Below are positions 6,512 through 15,639 of a stretch of 18,668 bases of DNA, one piece after another. The stretch is from an archaeon. GTDB lineage: Archaea; EX4484-52; B79-G9. The position numbers and the translations under genes are program-made. The notes beneath the pieces are model-generated. The model saw nothing but the letters and a program-made list of their open reading frames with translations. It was not told the origin of the DNA and made no database searches. Numbering within the stretch: position 1 is the stretch's first letter; each line of letters starts with the position of its first letter. The stretch spans positions 1 to 18,668 of the forward strand of contig JBDRKP010000050.1 in the NCBI GenBank assembly GCA_043813875.1, given 5' to 3'.

Positions 6512-8050
6512 ATGATTGGACTAATAATGCTTCTTGTTTTCAGCGTCCTTATTGCTGTCGTTCTTGTCGTGCCGGTGTTTCGGATTGTTTTCGGGGAGCG
6601 GAAGCGTAGCATGGGACGCATGATCCTTATCGTGACGCTTCTTATCATGGTGTTTTCGTATACTCTGAAATCGTTTTTTACTGTGTTCGTCACAATCCTG
6701 CCGTTTCTTATTGTGACGACGCTTATCGGAACTTATATGGGTGTGAAGCGCATAAAACGAAGCACTCTTGAGAAGAAGATGGAGAAGACGCTGAATGTCA
6801 TGATTGTCGTCTTTTTTGTGCTGTATTTTTTTGCCGTGATTTTCGGCAAGGCGTGGATAGGCGTGCCTTATACGGATCTTTCGAGTGCTGAGCAGAAGGA
6901 AAGAATAGAATATTCTACTGAGTTCAATAATCTTCGGCTTGTGCCGCCGGTGCTTGCCGGAGCGCTTTCAAAGACCAAGAATACTTATTCGAATTATCAT
7001 GTGGGTGAAAAGGACATATATTATGATCCGGATGAGATGAGGCTGAAGTGGATTGCGGCGCTTGAGCCGGATAATATACTTATCGGACTTTCAAGGACAA
7101 CGCCAGGGTTCATCGCGGGTTATGCAGGGGGTACGCTGAACCCATCGGTTGATTTTTTTGAGAAGGAACTTCTCTATACTGAGGAGAGGCCTTTGCTGAA
7201 CAATATCTATACGCAGATATGGCTACAGGACCCGACGCATGAGTATGGGGATGCGCTTCTGATCAAAAATAATGAGGAATACATCTGGCTTGTGCCGCTT
7301 TTGAGGAACGTGTACGGCATCGTGATGACGTATGACGGCGTCGCGACTGTCAATGCAAATACGGGAGAGACAAAGATATATTCAAAGGATGAAATTCCTG
7401 ATTGGCTTGATCACTGGCGAATATTTCCGGAGGAAGTGGCTTTATGGAAGGTTTCGGTGTATTCGCTTTTCAAACACGGCGTCATCAACGCCTTCTTTTT
7501 CAAGAATGATATTGATGAGATTCCGGTGAATACGGAACCATATCTTATCAATATAGGGAGTGAGGTGTACTGGTTCGTGAGTGTCGAGCCGGCGGGCGGA
7601 CAGGAGAAGAGGGCGCTTTCAGGATATTATCTTATCGGCGCGAACGGGAATAATGCAGGGAAGGCCATCTTTGTCAATAAGAAGCAGAAGAATTTCATCG
7701 GACCGACGGTCGCAAGCAATTATGTGCAGTCGAAGGTATCTAATTTCAATGGATGGAAAGCGACGCAGCCGCTACTTTACCCGTATAATGGAAAGGAGAC
7801 GTGGGTTGTGCCGATACTTTATGTCGGCGGCGAGGTATCCGGGATGAAGCTTGTCGGTGTCGGGTTTGTCGATACGGATACGGAAGAGGTTGTTATCCGA
7901 AGAGCGGAAGAGGGGCCGATAGATAAAGGCAGCGCAGTTTCCACGTCAAAGGATGAATTGATTGCGGAATATAAGGCATATAAGGATGAAATCCGCGACC
8001 GGCTTGATAAGATGGATGATATTGTCGAGAAGCTGGGCGAGGAATCTTAG
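6512..8050 (+). CDS. Hypothetical membrane protein: about 4 N-terminal TM helices, a large beta-rich soluble domain and a C-terminal coiled coil
   Basis: Hydrophobic segments in the first ~120 aa, beta-strand-like motifs (YIWLVPL, VYWFVSV, TWVVPIL) and a terminal heptad-like stretch KDELIAEY...IVEKL. No family recognised. Confidence 0.8.
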   Translation: MIGLIMLLVFSVLIAVVLVVPVFRIVFGERKRSMGRMILIVTLLIMVFSYTLKSFFTVFVTILPFLIVTTLIGTYMGVKRIKRSTLEKKMEKTLNVMIVVFFVLYFFAVIFGKAWIGVPYTDLSSAEQKERIEYSTEFNNLRLVPPVLAGALSKTKNTYSNYHVGEKDIYYDPDEMRLKWIAALEPDNILIGLSRTTPGFIAGYAGGTLNPSVDFFEKELLYTEERPLLNNIYTQIWLQDPTHEYGDALLIKNNEEYIWLVPLLRNVYGIVMTYDGVATVNANTGETKIYSKDEIPDWLDHWRIFPEEVALWKVSVYSLFKHGVINAFFFKNDIDEIPVNTEPYLINIGSEVYWFVSVEPAGGQEKRALSGYYLIGANGNNAGKAIFVNKKQKNFIGPTVASNYVQSKVSNFNGWKATQPLLYPYNGKETWVVPILYVGGEVSGMKLVGVGFVDTDTEEVVIRRAEEGPIDKGSAVSTSKDELIAEYKAYKDEIRDRLDKMDDIVEKLGEES

Positions 8051-8161
8051 ATAACTGCCCATACATGATCTGATTTATAACACTTTAGGAAAGTTCTTTA
8101 GAATTTTTTAGAAAATGTAGCGATAAGATTGTGCGAGATAAAAGCGGTATCAATTTTTCAG

Positions 8162-8173
8162 TTTTATATAAAA
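8162..8173 (+). promoter_or_regulatory. TATA box for the geranylgeranyl-reductase-family gene
   Basis: Palindromic TTTTATATAAAA ends 22 nt before ATG 8196. Confidence 0.5.
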
Positions 8174-8195
8174 AGTTTATTGCAGATTAATCCAT

Positions 8196-9302
8196 ATGGC
8201 GAATAAAATGTATGATTATGATGTCATTGTCATTGGTTCAGGACCTGCAGGAAGCGCTGCCGCCGAGAAGTGCGCAAGATACGGATTCAATACACTGATC
8301 CTGGAACAGCATAAACTGCCAAGAGATAAGACATGCGGCGGGATGATTGCAGACTACATGAAATCCCTTACAGGAATCTATGGTACGGGCTTTGAAGAAA
8401 TTGCTGAAAGAAAAACCGATAATGTGAATGTCTATCTTGATGGAAAGGCCATAATTGACTATAATCAGGTGTTATATCTTTTTCTTCGGCATAAACTGGA
8501 TTATCTTCTTACAAGAAAGGCGATCGAGTCTGGTGCAAAACTCATGGATGAATGCAGGGCAGACGATATTGCGATCGATAAGGACAAGGTGACTGTCAGC
8601 AGCAAGAAAGGCATATTTACTTCAAGAATCGTGGTTGGTGCGGATGGGGTGAATAGCATTGTCGCAAAGAAAACGGGGTTAAATAAAAAGTGGGAGCAAA
8701 ATGAGATTGCACTCGCAATTGAGTCTGAAATAAAGATGAGCAATAAAGAGATTGAAAAAAGGTATGAAAATACAGTAAATGTTTATGTCTACAAGGATTT
8801 TGTCGGATATGAATGGGTATTTCCAAAAGACGGGCATATCAATATTGGCCTGGGCACAAAGCTTAACAGGGCGAATAAATTAAGAGAGCGATTTGATGAT
8901 ATGATCAAAAGACACGGATTTGAAACTGAAAATGTCAAAGCGCATACAATACCGATGAAACTTTTGGATAAGACCTATTCTGAGAGAGTGATACTGTGCG
9001 GTGATGCGGGAGGATTCGTGTATCCCCTGCTTGGGGGCGGTATTGAACCCGGAATACGGTCCGGCAGAGCTGCTGCGGATGTATGTTATGATGCTATCAA
9101 AAAAGATGATTATTCGATAAAGACATTTGAGAAGTATGAACATTATTGTAAACCTCTGGTCAAGGATATAAACACAAGCTCATTGCAGTTAAAGATGGTC
9201 GAGACCGGGATGAAATACAAATTATTGAACCCTGTCCTGATTAATAATTTCTTCAAGTATGTCAAATCAACTTTTAAAAATGAAGATGTTCGGAACATAT
9301 GA
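8196..9302 (+). CDS. Geranylgeranyl reductase family FAD-dependent oxidoreductase (DGGGPL-reductase-like)
   Basis: DVIVIGSGPAG FAD motif, PRDKTCGG, VGADGVNS, GYEWVFPK (YxWxFP) and LCGDAGGFVYPLLGGGI. Confidence 0.9.
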   Translation: MANKMYDYDVIVIGSGPAGSAAAEKCARYGFNTLILEQHKLPRDKTCGGMIADYMKSLTGIYGTGFEEIAERKTDNVNVYLDGKAIIDYNQVLYLFLRHKLDYLLTRKAIESGAKLMDECRADDIAIDKDKVTVSSKKGIFTSRIVVGADGVNSIVAKKTGLNKKWEQNEIALAIESEIKMSNKEIEKRYENTVNVYVYKDFVGYEWVFPKDGHINIGLGTKLNRANKLRERFDDMIKRHGFETENVKAHTIPMKLLDKTYSERVILCGDAGGFVYPLLGGGIEPGIRSGRAAADVCYDAIKKDDYSIKTFEKYEHYCKPLVKDINTSSLQLKMVETGMKYKLLNPVLINNFFKYVKSTFKNEDVRNI

Positions 9303-9334
9303 CATATAAATAATTTTTTGATGTCAAAAGAGGG

Positions 9335-11314
9335 ATGGAGAAAAGAGCGGCTTTTGGGGGGATCTGTTTTTTTACTTTATTTTTTATATATATCAGCCCA
9401 GCTGCTTTTTGCGACGCCTCCTATGACCTAGCTTTAGATATCAACGCGAGCGAAAATTTCATACTGGGTGAATCGAATTCTTATAAGGTCATTGTCACTA
9501 ATAATGAGACTGCGGAGGATGAGATCAATATTACGGTTGAGCGCGAGATTATTCTTGATTCTACCAGCGTCTATCAGAATAGCGGGAATTACAGCCTGAA
9601 GAAGAGCCTTACGAAGACGTATCAGTGGACGCCGGATGCGGCCGGCGAGTATGTGCTGTGCGCGAATATCACTTTTTCGACTGTCAATGATACTGATTTT
9701 TCGAATAACTGGCTGTGCAGGAATGTCAGCGTGGCTAATGTCACAAGGAATGATACGGTTGCGCCTCCTCTTAATTTTACGTGTGATATTGGCGTCGAGG
9801 TAAGTACTGAAAAGTTTTTTTATAATTCTTCTGAGGCGCTCGGAATAAAGATAGCAGTGGATGACTTCAATCATTCCGGCATTAAGCACCCGTTTATTCT
9901 GGCATACTGGATCGAGGATCTGTTCGGGAATGTCGTCAAATCAATGTATGAAAATACGTATGAAATAAACGTAAGTGAAATACGGACGTATAATCCGAAG
10001 GCGCCCAGTATAAGTGATTCTGAGGCGTATCTTATAAAAGCAGAGATTGTGGAGCCGGGGTGCAATGATACAAACTACGATAATAATCGTAATGAGACGA
10101 TGATTCTTGTCAAGGGGGTTGCTGAAGAGGGCATGGCAGAGACGGGAGATTCTTTTGTCAGGATCACTAAAATCAGTCCTGAAAAGACTGCTTTTGGCGG
10201 CTCTGTTGATGTGAGTCTTGATGTTTTCCGTGGCGATACTACGAAGTATTCTTTGAGTGTGTGGATTGAAAGGCCATCTGACGGGTTTGATGTGAGCGAG
10301 AAGTCAACTGTGTATTTGAAGAATGCAAAAATGGAATACAGCCTCAAGATTCCTGTGCAGATCAAGCCGAACTGCAACGGCCGGTATAAGGACGGGAGTT
10401 ATGAGGTGATTGCGGAAGGGCTTGGAGCAGAGGATACTTTGAGAATAAGCCTTTCGGGTATATCCTCTGAACTTTGCAAGGTCGAGACAAAGACGGTCAC
10501 AAAGTATGTTGAAAAAAAAGAGACCACGAAGGCAAAGACGAGCACTCCAGCCGGTTCGAAGGAAGATGCTGATAAAGTGACTAAAATCCCTGATGTGGAA
10601 TACAGAATCGTCTCGTCTGAAGATGCCGTTACTGTCGGTGAGCCTTTCTTCAGTGTTGCCGAGGTCAGAAATAATAAGCAAACTCTGCTGAATGTCAGTG
10701 TCTATAGCTATGTGATTTCGGGGATGTCACGGCTGTCTGAGGGGCTTTCGGATGAAGGGTGGAAGAAATCGTGGACCGGGAATGAGAAATCGGTAGTTAT
10801 AAACCCGGGCTCTGTGGCGCTGATCAATCTTACGAACAGGATACAGAGCAATGTTACCGGGAACTATACGTTCAAGGTGAAGATAAAGGGCGACGTCGAT
10901 AAGGTTATTGAGAAGGGCATCGCGATCAATAAGCCGATTGTTGTTGTTGATTCTCTGGATGTTTCGTGTAATGCGACGGATAAGAAGACGTACCTGTTTT
11001 TGAAGAATAATGATCTGAAGGATGAGGCGGTTGTTGTGGTCGCGCATGGAGAATTGCAATCAAAAAGAGATGTGACGGTCAAAAGCGGTGAGATGAAGAA
11101 GATGACTTATGTGGGCAGGATTGATGTGTTTGTTTTTGAGAAGGGCGGGAAAAGTTTTGAGTGCAGAGTGGAGCATGAGGGTAAAGATGAGAGTAAAACT
11201 GATATTGAAGTTGATGAGGAAGATAACAGGATTACGCTGCAGCAGACTGCTGTTGGCGCCAAGGAGTCGTTTATTGAAAGGATCCTCAAAAGAATTTTTG
11301 GGATGTTTGGGTGA
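9335..11314 (+). CDS. Secreted / cell-surface glycoprotein with tandem Ig-like (CARDB-like) domains
   Basis: N-terminal signal peptide, about 20 N-x-S/T sequons, repeated NDTxxxNN domain ends, GxY/GxYT strands, a Lys/Thr-rich linker and an amphipathic C-terminal helix. Confidence 0.75.
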   Translation: MEKRAAFGGICFFTLFFIYISPAAFCDASYDLALDINASENFILGESNSYKVIVTNNETAEDEINITVEREIILDSTSVYQNSGNYSLKKSLTKTYQWTPDAAGEYVLCANITFSTVNDTDFSNNWLCRNVSVANVTRNDTVAPPLNFTCDIGVEVSTEKFFYNSSEALGIKIAVDDFNHSGIKHPFILAYWIEDLFGNVVKSMYENTYEINVSEIRTYNPKAPSISDSEAYLIKAEIVEPGCNDTNYDNNRNETMILVKGVAEEGMAETGDSFVRITKISPEKTAFGGSVDVSLDVFRGDTTKYSLSVWIERPSDGFDVSEKSTVYLKNAKMEYSLKIPVQIKPNCNGRYKDGSYEVIAEGLGAEDTLRISLSGISSELCKVETKTVTKYVEKKETTKAKTSTPAGSKEDADKVTKIPDVEYRIVSSEDAVTVGEPFFSVAEVRNNKQTLLNVSVYSYVISGMSRLSEGLSDEGWKKSWTGNEKSVVINPGSVALINLTNRIQSNVTGNYTFKVKIKGDVDKVIEKGIAINKPIVVVDSLDVSCNATDKKTYLFLKNNDLKDEAVVVVAHGELQSKRDVTVKSGEMKKMTYVGRIDVFVFEKGGKSFECRVEHEGKDESKTDIEVDEEDNRITLQQTAVGAKESFIERILKRIFGMFG

Positions 11315-11417
11315 AAGTAAGTTGGTTTTTGGTTGTGTTCTGTATCAAAAGTATATTATTGACCAGACTTCATATGTTTTTTTCCGGATGATTTGCCTGT
11401 TGATTCTTTGCGTTAAC

Positions 11418-11425
11418 TATAAATA
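11418..11425 (+). promoter_or_regulatory. TATA box upstream of the hydrogenase K-L gene pair
   Basis: TATAAATA lies about 25 nt before GTG 11450 (ATG at 11459). Confidence 0.5.
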
Positions 11426-11458
11426 AAGAACCTAAACGTATAATTATATGTGAATCAG

Positions 11459-11857
11459 ATGGATGATATTAATTTCTTAAGTCTCGGGAAGCTTGTCAAG
11501 AAGGCCAATAATGCTGTTTTTATCGAGACTGAGGCCAAGGATATCAAAAGAGCAATCACTAAGCTCAGACTTGATGGTGTGACCAGATTGCTGACTATTT
11601 CCGGGATCGATAACGGCAAGGAGATTGAGATCATATATCATTTTGATAAGGACTATCAGATCATCAATATCAAGACGAAGATACCGCGGACGGATTCAAA
11701 AATCGAGTCCATAACTACGATATATTCGAATGCGAAGCTTTATGAGAGGGAAATCGCTGAGATGCTTGATGTGCAGATTGAAGGCAATCGCGATCCAAAG
11801 AATGTGTTTCTCTCGGAGGATTCGCCCCGGGCACCGCTTCGAAAGGATAAGAGATAG
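11459..11857 (+). CDS. Group 4 hydrogenase NuoC-like subunit (MbhK/EchD-like)
   Basis: RLLTISGIDNG..IEIIYHF...IESITTIYSNAKLYEREIAEMLDVQIEG...PLRKD is the complex I 30-kDa subunit pattern. The start is either GTG 11450 or ATG 11459. Confidence 0.88.
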   Translation: MDDINFLSLGKLVKKANNAVFIETEAKDIKRAITKLRLDGVTRLLTISGIDNGKEIEIIYHFDKDYQIINIKTKIPRTDSKIESITTIYSNAKLYEREIAEMLDVQIEGNRDPKNVFLSEDSPRAPLRKDKR

Positions 11858-11869
11858 TCTGTGATATGT

Positions 11870-13024
11870 ATGAAGGAAATCACTACAATACCAATCGGGC
11901 CGCAGCATCCGGCGCTCATCGAGCCGGAGTACCTGAAGGTTTCGGTTGATGGCGAGACTATTGTTGATGTTGAGATAAATCTAGGGTATATCCATCGTGG
12001 TATCGAGAGGCTCATGCAGGATAAGAATTATATCCAGAACATATATCTTGCCGAGAGGATATGCGGTATCTGCTCGGGGGCACATACTGTCGCATATTCG
12101 CAGACGGTCGAGAATCTTCTTGGTATTGATGTGCCGGAACGGGCCAATTACATAAGGACTATCATACTTGAGCTTGAGCGGATGCATTCGCATCTGTTGT
12201 GGGTAGGTGTCGCCGGTTATGAGATCGGTATCGATACGATTTTCATGAGCGCATGGAAGGATCGTGAATTTGTCATGGATATTTTGGAGAATATAAGCGG
12301 CAACCGTGTGAATTACGGGATGAGCACTGTCGGGGGCGTGAGGCGTGATATAAGCGGCGATATTCTTGGAAAAATAGACAAGGTAATGGATGTTGTCTCT
12401 AAGCGTGTCGATTATTATGCCAATGTGTTTCTTACTGATAAGGTCATTCTTGCAAGGACTAAGGGTATCGGCAGGCTTACACATGCTGAAGCACTGAAGT
12501 ATTCGCCGGTGGGACCGACTGCGCGCGCTTCTGGTATTGAGTTTGATATAAGGAAGGATAATTATGCTGCTTATGGCGAGGTAGAGTGGGAGCCTGTTGT
12601 CGCAAAAGAGGGTGACGTGCAGGCGAAGGCGGTAGTGAGGCTTAATGAACTTAAGGTGGCGGCTTCGATTGTGAAGCAGTGCCTCAAAAAGATGCCAGAC
12701 GGGGATATCAAGGTGAAGGTGGCGCCGGTTGTGCATGAAAATGAGGCGGTGGGTCGGGTGGAGGCGCCGCGAGGGGAGCTTTTCTATTATGCCAGGTCAA
12801 ACGGGACTGATAAGCCGGAGCGCGTGAGGATAAGGACTCCCACGTATTCTAATCTTCTTACTATCAAGCCGACGCTGGTCGGGCAGCAGCTTGCAGACCT
12901 TCCTATCATCGTCGCTGCCATCGACCCCTGCTTTTCCTGTACAGAACGGGTGACGCTTGTCGATGTCAGTAGAGATGAAGAGAAGGTTGTCGACGGGATG
13001 TTTTTTAGGAAAAACGGACGCTGA
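11870..13024 (+). CDS. Group 4 membrane-bound [NiFe]-hydrogenase large subunit (MbhL/EchE-like)
   Basis: IGPQHP, GYIHRGIE, L1 motif ERICGICSGAH, VEAPRGE and L2 motif DPCFSCTER, followed by a 24-aa C-terminal extension. All four Ni-ligand Cys are present. Confidence 0.95.
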   Translation: MKEITTIPIGPQHPALIEPEYLKVSVDGETIVDVEINLGYIHRGIERLMQDKNYIQNIYLAERICGICSGAHTVAYSQTVENLLGIDVPERANYIRTIILELERMHSHLLWVGVAGYEIGIDTIFMSAWKDREFVMDILENISGNRVNYGMSTVGGVRRDISGDILGKIDKVMDVVSKRVDYYANVFLTDKVILARTKGIGRLTHAEALKYSPVGPTARASGIEFDIRKDNYAAYGEVEWEPVVAKEGDVQAKAVVRLNELKVAASIVKQCLKKMPDGDIKVKVAPVVHENEAVGRVEAPRGELFYYARSNGTDKPERVRIRTPTYSNLLTIKPTLVGQQLADLPIIVAAIDPCFSCTERVTLVDVSRDEEKVVDGMFFRKNGR

Positions 13025-13160
13025 TTCTCCGGTTTAAACCGAATGAAAAATCATGAAATTTCGATGAAAGTTGGGAATTTCAAGCTTTTTCATTGTCGGT
13101 ATATACTTTATACACAATGAAAAAGAAACCTATATATGTGCATATGAATGAATTAACTGT

Positions 13161-15584
13161 ATGACTGAAGAACATGATGGTTTTGAGGACTTTGAAGATG
13201 TTGATGAAAAAGAAAATAAATCTGCCGGGAAGCCGGTGATGAGATATATACTGATCTTTGGCGCTGTTTTAATAGCTGTTCTTGCCGCATATGCTCTGTA
13301 CACGCAATTTACTGATGTGCCGGCCACACCAGAACAACAGGCTGATAATGATATCAAAAGATTCGCGTCTTATGATGAACTTGCAAACTATGTGAAGGAT
13401 TCGGCTTCTTCGGGATACGGACTTTATGGAGCGCCTGTGCCGATGGCGGGGGAGATGATGGCTGCTCGCGCGGATATGGATGAGTCGGGCAGCAGTGCTC
13501 GCAAATCTTCTGTCTCTGGAACAAGTGATTTCTCAAAGACCAATATACAGGTAGAGGGGGTCGACGAAGCGGATATCGTCAAGAGCGACGGGAAATTCAT
13601 ATATACTGTATCTTCCAGCAAGATATTCATCGTGAAAGCATATCCGGCAGAGAGCGCAGAGATTGTGTCTCTTGTCGATTTCAACGGGACGATCCATGAG
13701 ATTTTCGTCAATGATGATAAGCTTGTGATTTTCGGGCAGAAGTATGAGGTGTATGTTGAGGCAAAACCAATGCCTGGTGAAGAGAAGATGGCGGCAGTTG
13801 AGAGTGAGATGATGTACCCGAGATATTTTTCTCCTAAAACAAGCATCGCAATCTATGATGTCTCTGACAGGGAGGCGCCGGCGCTTGTGAATGAAATCTC
13901 AATCGACGGAGATTATCATGATTCGAGGATGATAGGCCAGTATGTGTATGCCATTGTCAACCAGCCGACTTATTATGTTACTGATGAGAATGTTCTGCTT
14001 CCTGAAATTCTGTTGGACGGCAAGTGCGCTGGCGCAAGGTGTCTCTCTTCAACGTTCCCGGATGTGTTCTATTTCGACGGCGTGTCTGGGAACGTGTTTA
14101 CGACTATCGCAGCGATCAATCTTGACAGACCGGAGGATGTATCAAGCAAGATTCTTCTTACCAACTATGCGCAGAACATGTATGTGTCTTCCAACAATAT
14201 ATATATCACTTACACAAAGTGGCAGAGTGATGCGGATTATGTAGACAGGATGGTCGATGTGATCATGCCTCTTGTGCCTGCCGATGTCCAGAAGAAAATA
14301 CAGGATGCAATGGCTCTTGATGTGAGCAAGATGACCAAGATGCAGGCTGTTTCAGATATCATGGAGAGGTATTCGGCCACGTTATCTGATGATGAGAGAT
14401 TGGACCTTGAGGAGCGTGGGCAGGAGAAGATGGCGGAGCTTGAGGCCGAGATCGTGAGGGAGAGGGAGAAGACGATCGTTCAGAAGATAGCTATCGATGA
14501 CGGTACTATAGAATACATGGCCAATGGGGCGGTGCCCGGGAATACGCTTAACCAGTTCTCGATGGATGAATATAACGGATATTTCAGGATCGCTACGACG
14601 ACCAGCGGAGGCGGGGGCATGATCGCTGTCGGGACAAGGATGGCTGTCGCTCGGGTGGAGGCAGCATCCGGCGCTGTGATGGTGAGCGAGGTTGAGAGTG
14701 TCGCTCCGTCGAGTGAAGGAGAAGGAATAACTCAGGAAGAGCAGAGGATGATAGATGAGAAGAGTGTGATCACACGACCGCCTGTACCGCCCAGGGTATC
14801 TGAGTCGAAGAATCATGTCTATGTGCTTGATGATGAGCTTGAGATTGCCGGAAGGCTTGAGGATCTTGCGAGCGGTGAGAGGATATATTCTGTCCGGTTC
14901 ATGGGAGATAAGGCGTATATGGTGACGTTCAGGCAGATGGATCCGCTTTTTGTGATCGATTTATCTGTGCCTGAGAGCCCAAAGGTGCTTGGATACCTGA
15001 AGATACCAGGAGTGTCTGATTATCTGCATCCATATGATGAGAGCCATGTGATCGGTGTGGGAAGGGATGCTACAGATGAGGGCAGGATGGAGGGCATGAA
15101 ATTGTCACTGTTCGATGTTTCGGATGTCTCTAACCCGAAGGAGAACTCGAAGTATATTATCGGGGACCAGGGCACCAGTTCTGATGCATTGTATGATCAC
15201 AAGGCGTTCATGTTCAGCAGGGAGAAGAGCCTTCTTGTGATACCGGTGTCTGAGTATAATTATGAGCCTTCAAGGACAGACGAGATGGGAGGGAAGTCAT
15301 CATACTGGCAGGGCGCATATGTGTTCAATGTCGATCTTGAAGACGGGATCGTGCTGAAGGGAAAGATAGAGCATGAGATGCAGGGTCAGGAGGATGAGAA
15401 AGGTGAGATGTATTATTATTATGACTATGCATCACAGATAAGAAGGTCGCTTTATATAGATGATGTGCTGTATACTGTCTCGCAGAGGATGATCAAGATG
15501 AACGGGATAGCGAATCTTGATGAGATCAATAAGGTGGAGATCCCGTTCGAGGCGCCGGAGTATAATAGGGGCATCGTATACTAA
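13161..15584 (+). CDS. Membrane-anchored secreted protein with a beta-propeller domain (Beta_propel / COG4880 type)
   Basis: N-terminal TM helix, then family motifs FSKTNIQVEGVDEADIVKSDG, LNQFSMDEYNGYFRIATT, ERIYSVRF.GDKAYMVTFRQMDPLFVIDLS, LKIPGVSDYLHP and RSLYIDDVLYTVS. Confidence 0.9.
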   Translation: MTEEHDGFEDFEDVDEKENKSAGKPVMRYILIFGAVLIAVLAAYALYTQFTDVPATPEQQADNDIKRFASYDELANYVKDSASSGYGLYGAPVPMAGEMMAARADMDESGSSARKSSVSGTSDFSKTNIQVEGVDEADIVKSDGKFIYTVSSSKIFIVKAYPAESAEIVSLVDFNGTIHEIFVNDDKLVIFGQKYEVYVEAKPMPGEEKMAAVESEMMYPRYFSPKTSIAIYDVSDREAPALVNEISIDGDYHDSRMIGQYVYAIVNQPTYYVTDENVLLPEILLDGKCAGARCLSSTFPDVFYFDGVSGNVFTTIAAINLDRPEDVSSKILLTNYAQNMYVSSNNIYITYTKWQSDADYVDRMVDVIMPLVPADVQKKIQDAMALDVSKMTKMQAVSDIMERYSATLSDDERLDLEERGQEKMAELEAEIVREREKTIVQKIAIDDGTIEYMANGAVPGNTLNQFSMDEYNGYFRIATTTSGGGGMIAVGTRMAVARVEAASGAVMVSEVESVAPSSEGEGITQEEQRMIDEKSVITRPPVPPRVSESKNHVYVLDDELEIAGRLEDLASGERIYSVRFMGDKAYMVTFRQMDPLFVIDLSVPESPKVLGYLKIPGVSDYLHPYDESHVIGVGRDATDEGRMEGMKLSLFDVSDVSNPKENSKYIIGDQGTSSDALYDHKAFMFSREKSLLVIPVSEYNYEPSRTDEMGGKSSYWQGAYVFNVDLEDGIVLKGKIEHEMQGQEDEKGEMYYYYDYASQIRRSLYIDDVLYTVSQRMIKMNGIANLDEINKVEIPFEAPEYNRGIVY

Positions 15585-15639
15585 ATCCCAATCTTATAAT
15601 CTTTAAAACATATATACTCCATTCACACATAAATTATCC

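Noticed and set aside
11870..13125. Selenocysteine hydrogenase with a 3' SECIS hairpin
   Set aside because: The L2 motif is encoded by TGC and TGT (Cys) and there is no in-frame TGA to recode.
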